Below, in pieces: positions 57,401 to 64,000 of a stretch of DNA of 64,000 nt. Below the pieces are notes generated by a model. That model was not told the origin of the DNA, did no database searches, and saw only the letters and a list, made by a program, of their open reading frames with translations. How positions within the stretch are numbered: position 1 is the first letter of the stretch; every line of letters begins with the position of its first letter. The stretch comes from Perna viridis (taxonomy: Eukaryota). The translations under genes were made by a program, and so were the position numbers. The stretch lies in NCBI GenBank assembly GCA_037379345.1, contig CM074511.1:29456862-29520861 (forward strand). Reading direction: 5' to 3'.

Positions 57401-60378
57401 TGAACTGAGTTCTCAAAACATGGAGAATTTCTGATTGTTGTTTCAGTAACAACTCAGATCAGACACTATGTAATATAAAATCACCCTGAACCATGGTCAT
57501 GTAGTTGCTCTATCAACATGTCACACTGATTTGGGTGAAACAGACTGCTGTTCTACCAGTTTGTACAGACTTCTGACAGAAATATTTGGAGGGCTTAAAA
57601 TCAAAATTTTACCTTTTTTTTCTTAGATATACTGACATGGAGAGTGAGGATTACTCTTTTTACCAGGGTCTGGTATTCTTACTGGAGAACAATGTTCAGG
57701 ACCTTGGATATGAACTGACATTTAGTACTGAGGTAGGTCACAAAGTTGTTACTAGTGTGATAATAATAGGATAATTAATTGGAAAGAGTGAATATCCAAA
57801 TTATAATCACGAGTGTTAAAAAATTTAACGAGTGTGCCTAACTTGTTCTGTGCACAAGATAAATCTTAATTCATTCTTGGCACGAGTGATTATATTTTGG
57901 TTATTCACGATGACCAACTGATTATTTTATTTAATATATATATTTTTTCCTTTTTTCAATGTAAATTACTATATGAATTCAGACATCAAATCTTGTTTTT
58001 GACAGCTGTAGATTTATTTTAAAATATGTTGTTTATATTTTTGTTGTTAATGTTATATAGACGTTAAAAAACATGCGTTGCTAAGTTTGACTTGTGCTTG
58101 TGTGTCATATACATATAAAGATGCATTTAGCAATGTTTCAGTGCTATATTTAATGTATTATTTAAACTATGAATGAAAACATTTCATTAAGGAATGTCCT
58201 AAATATTGACTTTAGCTGAACCTTAACTACAACAAGCCATATCTGTTTTTTTTATTTTTTCTATGAGATATGTAATAATAATAGGATAATTAATTGGAGA
58301 GTGAATAACCAAAATATGATCACGTGTGGCAAAGAACACCTAGATTTAACAAGTTTGTGTAACTTGTTCCACGCACGAGTGATCATATTTTGGTTATTCA
58401 CAATAACCAATTGATTATCCTATTTATTTTATAGATTTCCTCCATTATTCATTGCTATTTTCTATATGAATTTTATATTTTGTAAAAGGTGGATTGATAT
58501 TTGTGTTGTGAAGTTTTGGCCGGAGAAAGTGCAACAGTAAAATTACCAATTTATTACAGTGAATTATCGATTTATTTATTTTTTTTTTTTTGGATTCATT
58601 TTTTTAACATTCAGTAAATCACTGATATCTGTATGATAACAGAAGTTACCAGATATGTGGACATTGAAAGAGTGAGATCTTGAAACATCAAAATGTGTGT
58701 TGCACATGATTTTTTTATCAGCTCACAAATAAAACTATTTTAAACAACCCTATTCAAATATTAGTATCAATATATATGAACAAATTAAATCAGCTGAAAT
58801 CTATCACATTCTTAGCATTTATTACAAACAAGCATTAAAAACTTCGTGCATTTTAGATTCAAGAATTTGGTGTGACAGATACAAGAGATCTGAAAACCAA
58901 TGGGAGAAATATACCAGTGACTGAAGAGAACAAGAAAGAGTATGTCAAACTTGTATGTCAGGAGAAAATGACAGGAGCCATCAGGAAACAACTTGGGGCA
59001 TTCATGGAAGGGTTTTATGACATTATACCAAAGAGACTAATATCTATATTTACTGAACAGGAGTTGGAATTATTAATATCAGGGTTACCAACGATTGATA
59101 TTGATGACTTGAAGGCTAATTCTGAATATCACAAATACCAGCCTACTTCATTACAGGTAAGAATTAGTCATGTTCCTTTAAGTTTACTCTTAAATGTCAC
59201 ACATTTTTATACCCCCTTCCCCTTTTTAAAATGGGGAAGTATATAGTGGTGATGGTTTCCCTTAATTTGTCTGTTCATACATTTTTATTTGTTTTCTCAG
59301 CAGTTATTTGTTATAATCTCTTGATATTTTGTCAGGTACTTTATATACATGTATGCATGCCATAATACTATAACTCGAAAACCCTTGCAGTAATGTTAAT
59401 AAACTTTGAATACATAACAGAGGTTTCATTAACTTTTTGCAATGCAGTTACCTTCTGTTTTGTAGGAGATTCTTTTGATCATTTTCTTTTATAAATATGT
59501 ACGAAGTTTTCAAATTTCAGGAGGTACCTTTCAGTAGCTTAGGAGGGTAAAAGTACCTGGTACCACCTCTTAATGAAAGGCCTGCATTGTTGTTCTCAAA
59601 TCTGTAAAGCAATGATGTTGATTTATATTCTAGGTGCAATGGTTCTGGAGAGCTCTAAGATCATTTGATCAAGCTGACAGAGCACAGTTCTTACAATTTG
59701 TAACTGGTACCTCTAAAGTTCCACTTCAAGGATTTGCCTATCTAGAGGGTATGAATGGATACCAGAAATTCCAAATACACAGAGATGACAGGTCTACTGA
59801 TCGTCTACCTGTTGCTCACACATGGTATGTCTTTGCTGGTTCAGATAAGATCTGTAATTAAGAGACTTGTGTGAAGATACTATATTATACAGATGTGATT
59901 TTCCTCAGCTTTTTTGCCTGAGAAATATAAAACCAAAATGTGCTGGATTTTATATGAGGAGCTTCAAAAAGTTTTTGCCAGACTAACTCCCCCTGTTCCA
60001 GGTTTTTTCTAAGTTGACCAAAATCATGTCTAATTATAATGGATTTTACTATTGTGAAAGGTGTAATTGGATTTTAAAAAAAAAGCCAGCATTATGGATT
60101 TATCATCGTTACAGAAGAAAAGTTTTTCATTTGTTTAATATATGATTTAAAAAAAAAAAGTAAATGGGAATGGAAAGACAATTCTTGGTTAATTTTTTTT
60201 TTTAAGTAATTAAATTAGAAATATGTGTAACTATATCAAGTGAACTTGAAACACTTTTTCAATTTCTCGTTTCAGTTTCAATCAACTAGATTTACCAGCT
60301 TATGAGACTTATGACAAGCTGAGGAAGATGTTACTTTTAGCAATTAATGAATGTTCAGAAGGATTTGGACTGGCTTAA
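440..60378 (+). CDS. HUWE1: E3 ubiquitin-protein ligase HUWE1 (5'-partial, 65 coding exons in window)
   Basis: GT-AG exons join in frame: 440-520,1173-1258,1464-1565,2286-2481,2747-2848,3133-3213,3470-3576,3870-4047,4648-4739,5147-5355,5795-5855,6377-6553,6868-7113,7372-8012,8519-8641,9258-9319,9568-9725,10422-10544,11043-11195,11415-11534,11946-12038,12247-12391,12666-12790,13143-13259,13821-13939,14292-14379,16808-16975,17436-17538,17787-17880,18885-19125,20028-20211,21357-21515,22302-22411,22685-22888,23613-24168,24882-25018,25316-25418,29780-29926,30483-30616,33280-33391,33830-33934,34378-34573,35087-35255,39965-40091,40370-40563,40935-41127,41399-41603,42256-42398,42764-42857,44275-44513,45061-45263,47173-47449,47850-49012,49893-50050,50903-51019,51606-51823,52923-53150,53815-53997,54681-54881,56240-56515,56830-57100,57627-57732,58857-59156,59634-59824,60276-60378. 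Diagnostic peptides: [43 protein letters not shown] repeats, and HECT ending AHTCFNQLDLP...SEGFGLA*. Confidence 0.97.
4785..4850 (+). pseudogene. Possible decayed SNORD27 copy
   Basis: GGCAAGCATATGA guide remnant and downstream TGTTGA, but no intact C or D box. Confidence 0.3.
7372..8012 (+). CDS. HUWE1: HUWE1 exon, armadillo-like N-terminal region ([13 protein letters not shown]...[14 protein letters not shown])
   Basis: ttcag acceptor and ag|gtaatt donor; lies within ORF 7207-8016. Confidence 0.93.
8171..8240 (+). ncRNA. SNORD27: Box C/D snoRNA SNORD27/U27-like, copy 1 (18S Am27)
   Basis: Box C ATGATGA 8177; guide GACAAGCATAT complementary to 18S AUAUGCUUGUC upstream of D' CTGA; C' TGTTGA; D CTGA 8232; terminal stem ttctt/aagaa. 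Confidence 0.92.
8839..8913 (+). ncRNA. SNORD27: Box C/D snoRNA SNORD27-like, copy 2
   Basis: ATGATGA 8848, GACAAGCATATATCTGA, TGTTGA, CTGA 8903, stem gtttctt/aggaaac. Confidence 0.9.
10183..10259 (+). ncRNA. SNORD27: Box C/D snoRNA SNORD27-like, copy 3
   Basis: ATGATGA 10189, GACAAGCATATG with variant D' CTAA, D CTGA 10251, stem cttcc/ggaag. Confidence 0.87.
10642..10774 (+). ncRNA. SNORA8: H/ACA snoRNA SNORA8-like, copy 1 (18S Psi1056, Psi1081)
   Basis: Hairpin gcattgt/acagtgc, H box ACAGTA, second hairpin, ACA at 10769. Pockets GTATCT/TYG pair 18S CGA-UC-AGAUAC; GGCATCGTT/TGGT pair ACCA-UA-AACGAUGCC. Shares GGCATCGTTGG...CCTGGT with vertebrate SNORA8 as I recall it. Confidence 0.88.
11415..11534 (+). 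CDS. HUWE1: HUWE1 exon, UBA domain (LIGMGF...[14 protein letters not shown])
   Basis: MGF loop and EQATEY motif; splice sites in frame. Confidence 0.9.
11946..12038 (+). CDS. HUWE1: HUWE1 exon, UIM ([16 protein letters not shown])
   Basis: Matches UIM consensus EE..L/M..AI..SL. Confidence 0.88.
13411..13543 (+). ncRNA. SNORA8: H/ACA snoRNA SNORA8-like, copy 2
   Basis: Near-identical to 10642-10774; ACA at 13538. Confidence 0.88.
14462..14585 (+). ncRNA. Single-copy H/ACA snoRNA, predicted 18S Psi866 guide (3' hairpin)
   Basis: Hairpin tgcact/agtgca, H box AAATTA, hairpin tagctg/cagcta, ACA at 14580. 3' pocket TTTATTC/TTATTCC pairs 18S GGAAUAA-UG-GAAUAGG, 14 nt from ACA. 5' pocket TTTTTC/AGTAA pairs UUACU-UU-GAAAAA. 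Confidence 0.8.
14625..14718 (+). ncRNA. Candidate divergent SNORD27-like C/D RNA or decaying copy
   Basis: GTGATGA 14630; ACATGCATATGT-CTGA, versus ACAAGCATATGT in intact copies; CTGA 14711; weak terminal stem. Confidence 0.35.
15665..15753. repeat. Tandem duplication, ~46 bp x2
   Basis: tgtaaattcatctctgtttggaataaatacttccttaaaaatg twice. Confidence 0.85.
16808..16975 (+). CDS. HUWE1: HUWE1 exon, WWE domain ([15 protein letters not shown]...[14 protein letters not shown])
   Basis: WWE signature; continues as [12 protein letters not shown] in exon 17436-17538. Confidence 0.93.
17171..17243 (+). ncRNA. SNORD27: Box C/D snoRNA SNORD27-like, copy 4
   Basis: ATGATGA 17180, AGACAAGCATATATCTGA, TGTTGA, CTGA 17237. 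Confidence 0.9.
18167..18362. repeat. Interspersed repeat with a related copy at ~61940-62140
   Basis: Shared blocks cctggtc.atg, ttcatgttctttgttgtgt, ctgttttct, tatattcttttgatt, aatcttg.t..cttgatt. Confidence 0.6.
18360..18447. repeat. Tandem duplication, ~44 bp x2
   Basis: tattctatgacattcaagttaaatgattaag..gatgcactaa twice. Confidence 0.85.
18474..18541 (+). ncRNA. SNORD27: Box C/D snoRNA SNORD27-like, copy 5
   Basis: ATGATGA 18478, GACAAGCATATGA with D' CAGA, TGTTGA, CTGA 18535, short stem tac/gta. Confidence 0.88.
19188..19320 (+). ncRNA. SNORA8: H/ACA snoRNA SNORA8-like, copy 3
   Basis: Near-identical to the other copies; ACA at 19315. Confidence 0.88.
20744..20813 (+). ncRNA. SNORD27: Box C/D snoRNA SNORD27-like, copy 6
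   Basis: GTGATGA 20749, AGACAAGCATATATCTGA, C' TGTGGA, CTGA 20806. Confidence 0.87.
20959..21154. mobile_element. MITE
   Basis: TIRs tagggttatttcaggaaaatgtat / gtacattttttcctggaataatcctta. Confidence 0.7.
21619..21690 (+). ncRNA. SNORD27: Box C/D snoRNA SNORD27-like, copy 7
   Basis: GTGATGA 21625, AGACAAGCATATATCTGA, TGTTGA, CTGA 21684, stem gtttc/gagac. Confidence 0.9.
23149..23279 (+). ncRNA. H/ACA snoRNA family C, copy 1 (5' pocket for 18S Psi1692, SNORA70-like target)
   Basis: Stem agcattctt/aagaatgct, H box ACATTA, ACA at 23274; three related intronic copies. Confidence 0.82.
23613..24168 (+). CDS. HUWE1: HUWE1 exon ([14 protein letters not shown]...[14 protein letters not shown])
   Basis: Conserved HUWE1 peptide within ORF 23559-24203, with splice sites. 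Confidence 0.93.
24465..24592 (+). ncRNA. H/ACA snoRNA family C, copy 2
   Basis: Pocket TGTGTA/AAGGG pairs 18S CCCUU-UG-UACACA, 14 nt from H box AAATAA; ACA at 24587. Confidence 0.85.
25872..29716. mobile_element. Non-autonomous hAT-like element (hAT5-type), 3.8 kb
   Basis: Imperfect TIRs CAGGGTTTGAAA / TTTCGATCCCTG; 5-bp direct repeat AGTGT at 25867-25871 and 29717-29721; no long ORF. Confidence 0.65.
30483..30616 (+). CDS. HUWE1: HUWE1 exon, Asp/Glu-rich acidic tract
   Basis: GAT/GAA-rich low-complexity exon, in phase with neighbouring exons. Confidence 0.85.
32382..32468. repeat. Tandem duplication, ~43 bp x2
   Basis: ttaaagtcattgttagcttt...gctttactgatccatctgat twice. Confidence 0.85.
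35900..36467. mobile_element. hAT-like MITE
   Basis: TIRs CATAGGTGTCAGCT / AGCTGACACCTCTG; degenerate 8-bp flanks gtgttgta/ttgttgca. Confidence 0.55.
36960..37170. repeat. Interspersed repeat resembling a mussel-type SINE/MITE
   Basis: ccaaggctccgtgttgaag...tggatggagagttgtc motifs recalled from Mytilus repeats; contains a ~38-bp tandem duplication. Confidence 0.45.
42945..43073 (+). ncRNA. H/ACA snoRNA family C, copy 3 (diverged 3' hairpin)
   Basis: Same 5' hairpin with TGTGTA/AAGGGC pocket; H box ACAACA; ACA at 43068. Confidence 0.8.
43086..44197 (+). mobile_element. hAT-like DNA transposon deletion derivative with a TTF-type zinc-finger remnant
   Basis: TIRs CAGTGATTTAGCTAG / CTGGCTAAATCCCTG; TSD TGGTCAT at 43079-43085 and 44198-44204; ORF 43384-43752 FKPEW..FP......MYC..C...F..G......I.KH....DH (ZNF862/hAT N-terminal zinc finger). 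Confidence 0.85.
45061..45263 (+). CDS. HUWE1: HUWE1 exon, UBM repeats ([21 protein letters not shown]; [16 protein letters not shown])
   Basis: UBM/DUF4414 motifs; third UBM is in exon 47173-47449. Confidence 0.93.
45918..46052 (+). ncRNA. H/ACA snoRNA family D, copy 1 (target uncertain, possibly 28S)
   Basis: Hairpin atggag/ctccat, H box ACAGAA at 45980, second hairpin tgtgta..gtgc/gcac..tgtaca, ACA at 46047; paralog at 46922. Confidence 0.72.
46922..47054 (+). ncRNA. H/ACA snoRNA family D, copy 2
   Basis: Hairpin aggaga/tctcct, H box ACAGAA, conserved ACAGACAGACCTGTGCTTT...GGCACTGTGTTTCGCAA, ACA at 47049. Confidence 0.75.
47850..49012 (+). CDS. HUWE1: HUWE1 largest exon ([39 protein letters not shown])
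   Basis: ORF 47828-49030; conserved HUWE1 peptides. Confidence 0.95.
51991..52834. mobile_element. Non-autonomous hAT-like element (hAT6-type)
   Basis: TIRs CAGGGTTTTCATTTT / AAAATGAAAACCATG; 6-bp TSD TATAGC at 51985-51990 and 52835-52840. Confidence 0.8.
52257..52522. mobile_element. MITE nested inside the 51991-52834 element
   Basis: Imperfect ~35-bp TIRs aggc..cacattaaagaatattttcgtttgctctaa / ttagtgcaaacaaacatattttaaattgtggcct; internal gggtaggtag motifs. Confidence 0.6.
53454..53584 (+). ncRNA. H/ACA snoRNA family E, copy 1 (SNORA15-like; 18S Psi1367 + Psi109)
   Basis: acatag/ctatgt hairpin with pocket GAATT/TCAGACA pairing 18S UGUCUGG-UU-AAUUC; H box ATATGA; tcaccc/gggtga hairpin with pocket GAACCAT/CTGATTT pairing AAAUCAG-UU-AUGGUUC; ACA at 53579. 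Confidence 0.88.
54047..54268. mobile_element. Short hAT-like MITE
   Basis: TIRs CAGGGTTTGACACTTA / TTAGTGTGGATCCCTG; near-TSD cttca/cttta. Confidence 0.6.
54943..55734. mobile_element. Tc1/mariner-type MITE
   Basis: Perfect 19-bp TIR CAGTGAAACTTCTCCAAAC; TA on the left flank (right flank is TC); subterminal ccggttt repeats. Confidence 0.85.
55840..55967 (+). ncRNA. H/ACA snoRNA family E, copy 2
   Basis: Near-identical to copy 1; H box ATATAA; ACA at 55962. Confidence 0.88.
56240..60378 (+). CDS. HUWE1: HUWE1 HECT domain exons (6 exons)
   Basis: [45 protein letters not shown] (Cys codon split tg|t at 59824/60276), TAA ending at 60378. Confidence 0.97.
57418..57545 (+). ncRNA. H/ACA snoRNA family E, copy 3
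   Basis: Near-identical to copies 1 and 2; ACA at 57540. Confidence 0.88.
57763..57933. repeat. Palindromic MITE-like element, copy 1
   Basis: Long inverted arms (ataggataattaattgg..gtgaata..caaa..atcac / gtgat..ttttggttattcac..ccaa.tgatta). Confidence 0.7.
58274..58428. repeat. Palindromic MITE-like element, copy 2
   Basis: Same arms as 57763-57933, in the same intron. Confidence 0.7.
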
Positions 60379-61939
60379 TTTTGTCTACTTTGCCATTGAG
60401 GCTATTGTGTACTAGTTTTTTCAATTGTATCAAAACAAAATTTGCAATATTTTATTACTTTATTGAAAAAGAGTGATAGACAAGAAAATAATGAACAACC
60501 TGATATTTGACAGTATTTAACAAAAAAAATTATTACAAATAAGTGTAAAATAGAACTGATTATTTAATTTATTATATTTAATGCATAATTTTGCATTTGC
60601 ACACGTTATATACAATTGCAAGGCTTCTTTTCATTATGGATGTATCAAGTAGTTTCTTATGATGTCAGGCATTACAAAACCTGCATTTAGATATCACTCA
60701 CAGCTGAATGGTAAATATGAGAAGTCCATGGGATGTATATTTCACTCATTTGTTGTTCATTTAATATAAAACTGGATATTCACTGCTCAAGGTGAAGCTG
60801 GGATATTGCTTTTGTGTCAGATAACATGCATTCAGCAAACAGAAAGTAATATTATAAATAGTGCTTGTTACAAGTTTATTAGACACCCTGTTCCAAAATT
60901 TTGTGGGAGGGGGTAAAGTATTACCCGTTTTTTCGTTCTGGGGACCAGGGTCCTTGTTTATGTGTGTAAATACCTATTACGTAATTTTTTTTTCATTGGT
61001 GCATTTCTAGTGCTTGGTGTCTGTCCTATGTTAAATACTTTGCCTTTTTATGCTTTTGTGTTATTTTTTCTTGTTTGTGGATGTATATTATATTAATTAT
61101 GATAATTTGTCCTAGTGCTTTATATTGTGTTTGTCATAGTATAATCTCGTTCATTTTGTTATTTATAATTTATTTCGTGTTTGCTTATTTGTAGGCCATT
61201 GTTTTAGAGCAGCTTCTAATTTTGTTTTGGTCGAATGGTTTCTTTATGAATGTACTAGTTACTGATTAAATAATCTGGAAAACAAATATTTTCAAAGCAC
61301 AAACATTTAGAGGTGACTTCAAGAATTAAATGTTTCCAATTTTTCTTGCAAGTCTTGTTATGTGTATGTTTGTATAAAATGGTTGAGAAAATCAGTAATG
61401 GACAGTCAATGCTATTCATGTTTAATAATGTATGTTATCATTTATGCCATTAAAAGCAAAGGACAAATTAAATTGCAGTAGTTAATGACCAAGTATTGTT
61501 TTTATACTTCTGCTTGTGCTAACCAAGTTTTGTAGTATATAAGATTTTCCCTGTCTGTCTGTCCATCTATCTGACCGTCTGTCCACACATCTTTTAAGAG
61601 CAGTGCCTCATAAACAGCTCATTCAATTAACAGTGTTGTCATCACATGTTAGGTGTGTTTATTGATTTACCAGAACCAAATAAAAGATAGATGAAATCTG
61701 GAAAAAAGTGCTTGATTGGTGTAGAAGATCAGAAAGACAGGTCCCCATTGAGTATTGAAAATATCAGAATCGGGGGATGTGTACAAGAGGAAACAACTCA
61801 ACCAAATATCTGAAAGAAGCCCATGGGCTATATTCCCATACCTTTTGTTACTTGTTGGAAAATCTGGTAAATTATAAACCAGCTGCTGAAAAAATTCCTG
61901 AATCCACCTACTATCAGTGGTGTCTGTTAGGTTTGGATT

Positions 61940-62140
61940 ATTTTTACCTGGTAGATGGACCTGGTCTATGTTACCAGTTTTTAGTAGAGTCCAGGTTGTT
62001 CATGTAAGTTTGTTTTTTAGGGGGTGTTAGTGTTATTTCATGTTCTTTGTTGTGTGTGTCTGTTTTCTCTTCTAGTCGCTATCCTTGGAATATATTCTTT
62101 TGATTTGATTTCCCCTCGAATCTTGTTTCCTTGATTACTC
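61940..62140. repeat. Interspersed repeat related to 18167-18362
   Basis: Shared sequence blocks as listed for 18167-18362. Confidence 0.55.
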
Positions 62141-64000
62141 TTTGGCCCATATCAAGCTGTCATTTGGCTGAACTTACATCACACCCCTACTCGGAATTCT
62201 CTTTTCATTTTCGTTTTTTGGTCTGACGGACGGTAATACTCGCATCTTCATATGTATAATAAATTGTACATTACATGAAAACAATTTTCGCATATATAAT
62301 ATCACCTCGATCAATATAAGCACTCATGCTGGGAATAAAATAGTATGTAATACAGATTTCTGAAAATTGCTTTAAAATATTTTGTAATTATGACGAAAAA
62401 TATCAATCTGGAAAATATGTATTATAAAAATACATTGGAGGAAACACCAATCCTATTCATTTTTAGGATGCTAAGTTGTTTGCTGAAAAGATGGAATCAA
62501 AATAATATATATCGTAATAAGGATTCGTCTGATGTAGTGTTACCGACAATTTAAGTTTTATAATTTATAGAAGGTAAATGATGCGAGGTACTTTTTTTTA
62601 AATTTGTTTTATTAGTATTTTAAAAATACAATTTCATAACGCTTTCTTTAGATAATCAAACAGACGCATGGTTAATACTTACGAGACCGTATTCATTTCA
62701 AATAAAACGTGGATAGTACAGCTTTTCTGGTAAACTTAAGATAATGAGAAACACTTATTTAGAAATGAGCGAGTTATTGATAATGGGGGTGTCTCTTTCT
62801 TTTTTTGGTATAGAATACTACTATATGTTTACTCGTGTATTTCACAGTTGGTTGGCCGACAATGTCAAATTTCAACGAAAGCAAAATAAAAACAAAAAAA
62901 TAACAATCTAACAATAGAAAATTGTGATACCAAGTACCCCCCCTTTTCTATCGTTTTTTTTTTTGTTTGTTTTGTTTTTTTTTATTTTGCTTTTGTTGAA
63001 ATTTGACTGCATTTTCAATGCCAGCTTTCGATTTATTTTATATAGGACAATCCGTACTTTGAAAATTTTCGTGTAATATCACCTATTATCCTGGAGTTCA
63101 AACGGTTCTCACAGAAGTAAGAACACTTTTTACACATTTGTTTAACCACGAAACTCTGATCAGGAGATGTTTTTTTTTTGTCACGAGTTTATACGTTTTT
63201 AAACCGACATTCTGCATAATTAGGTCGTGACAAATGTTTTGAAAGCGACGTTCAACTTGCTGGGAGTATTCCAGTGAACCTCAAAGATAGTCTTCCTTTG
63301 ATTGAATGACTATTTTCTGATAAAGTGGTGTAGATATTTAGATCTAATACAATTAACAAAGAAAGGTCATTTAACGTGTATTTTAATCAAGTTAAATAGT
63401 TCAAATCCCAGTCAACTACCTATCCAAGAGAAGACCAAATCTATTCCCTGAAGGAAACTTTACCGTGATAACTCGCTATAAGTTTACACCAGTTAGTCAC
63501 AGTGTAAAACACCTGATCCTCTCAAACCACATTTATCATTGAATCAGCTTTTTGCTCGAGACATTCATTCTATGACTGACAGCGTGTGAATCAGCAGAAT
63601 AGTTAAGTAAGGAGTGTATGACTTACTTAAGCATGTGAATAGATCGTACATCTTTTTACATTTCATCTTGTAATTTATATTGATGGGCAAATGTTCGTCC
63701 GTTCATCATTATTGTACTTCTAACTCCATACGTGTATACTATTCATAATTCATAAAGTAAATACCTGGTGCAGTTCAGAAATTCAAATGTAATTTTAACG
63801 TACTGCCTTTCTAAATTCATTTTTACAACATGTTACTTAATTAGAGCTTTGTAGTGCACTGGCTGTAGCGCGCACGGTTAAAAAATGCACAATTTACAAA
63901 AACTCGCATGGCAATTTATTTCATCGAGGAAAACCGTATCCTCTTTAGTCAGACTCAATTAACGACAGTTAGACCGCAATTAATCATTATACCCCTCCAT

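Noticed and set aside
60379-64000. Downstream gene or defined poly(A) site
   Set aside because: Only AT-rich 3' UTR/intergenic sequence and repeat fragments. Several ATTAAA/AATAAA hexamers exist (e.g. ~61265, ~61679) but none can be singled out, and ORF 61777-62007 overlaps a repeat.

Overview
AT-rich, intron-rich animal genomic DNA. The interspersed repeats look bivalve/mytilid-like, which is an inference. Nearly the whole window is one + strand gene, HUWE1 (giant HECT E3 ubiquitin ligase, Tom1/ARF-BP1 family). It is 5'-truncated at the window edge, and I can phase 65 coding exons from 440 to the stop codon at 60378. The ORF track hides a second layer: the introns carry about 19 sense-strand snoRNAs in 6 families. 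These are 7 box C/D SNORD27/U27-like copies (18S Am27); 3 SNORA8-like H/ACA (18S Psi1056/Psi1081); 1 H/ACA guiding 18S Psi866 plus a possible new site; 3 H/ACA with an 18S Psi1692 pocket; 2 H/ACA in a single intron with tentative 28S targets; and 3 H/ACA joining a SNORA15-like Psi1367 hairpin to a Psi109 hairpin. The introns also hold non-autonomous DNA transposons (hAT-like with 5, 6, 7 and 8 bp TSDs, a Tc1/mariner-type MITE, palindromic MITEs) and a few candidate cassette or poison exons. All rRNA targets were paired by eye against remembered conserved rRNA sequence (human numbering) and need confirmation.
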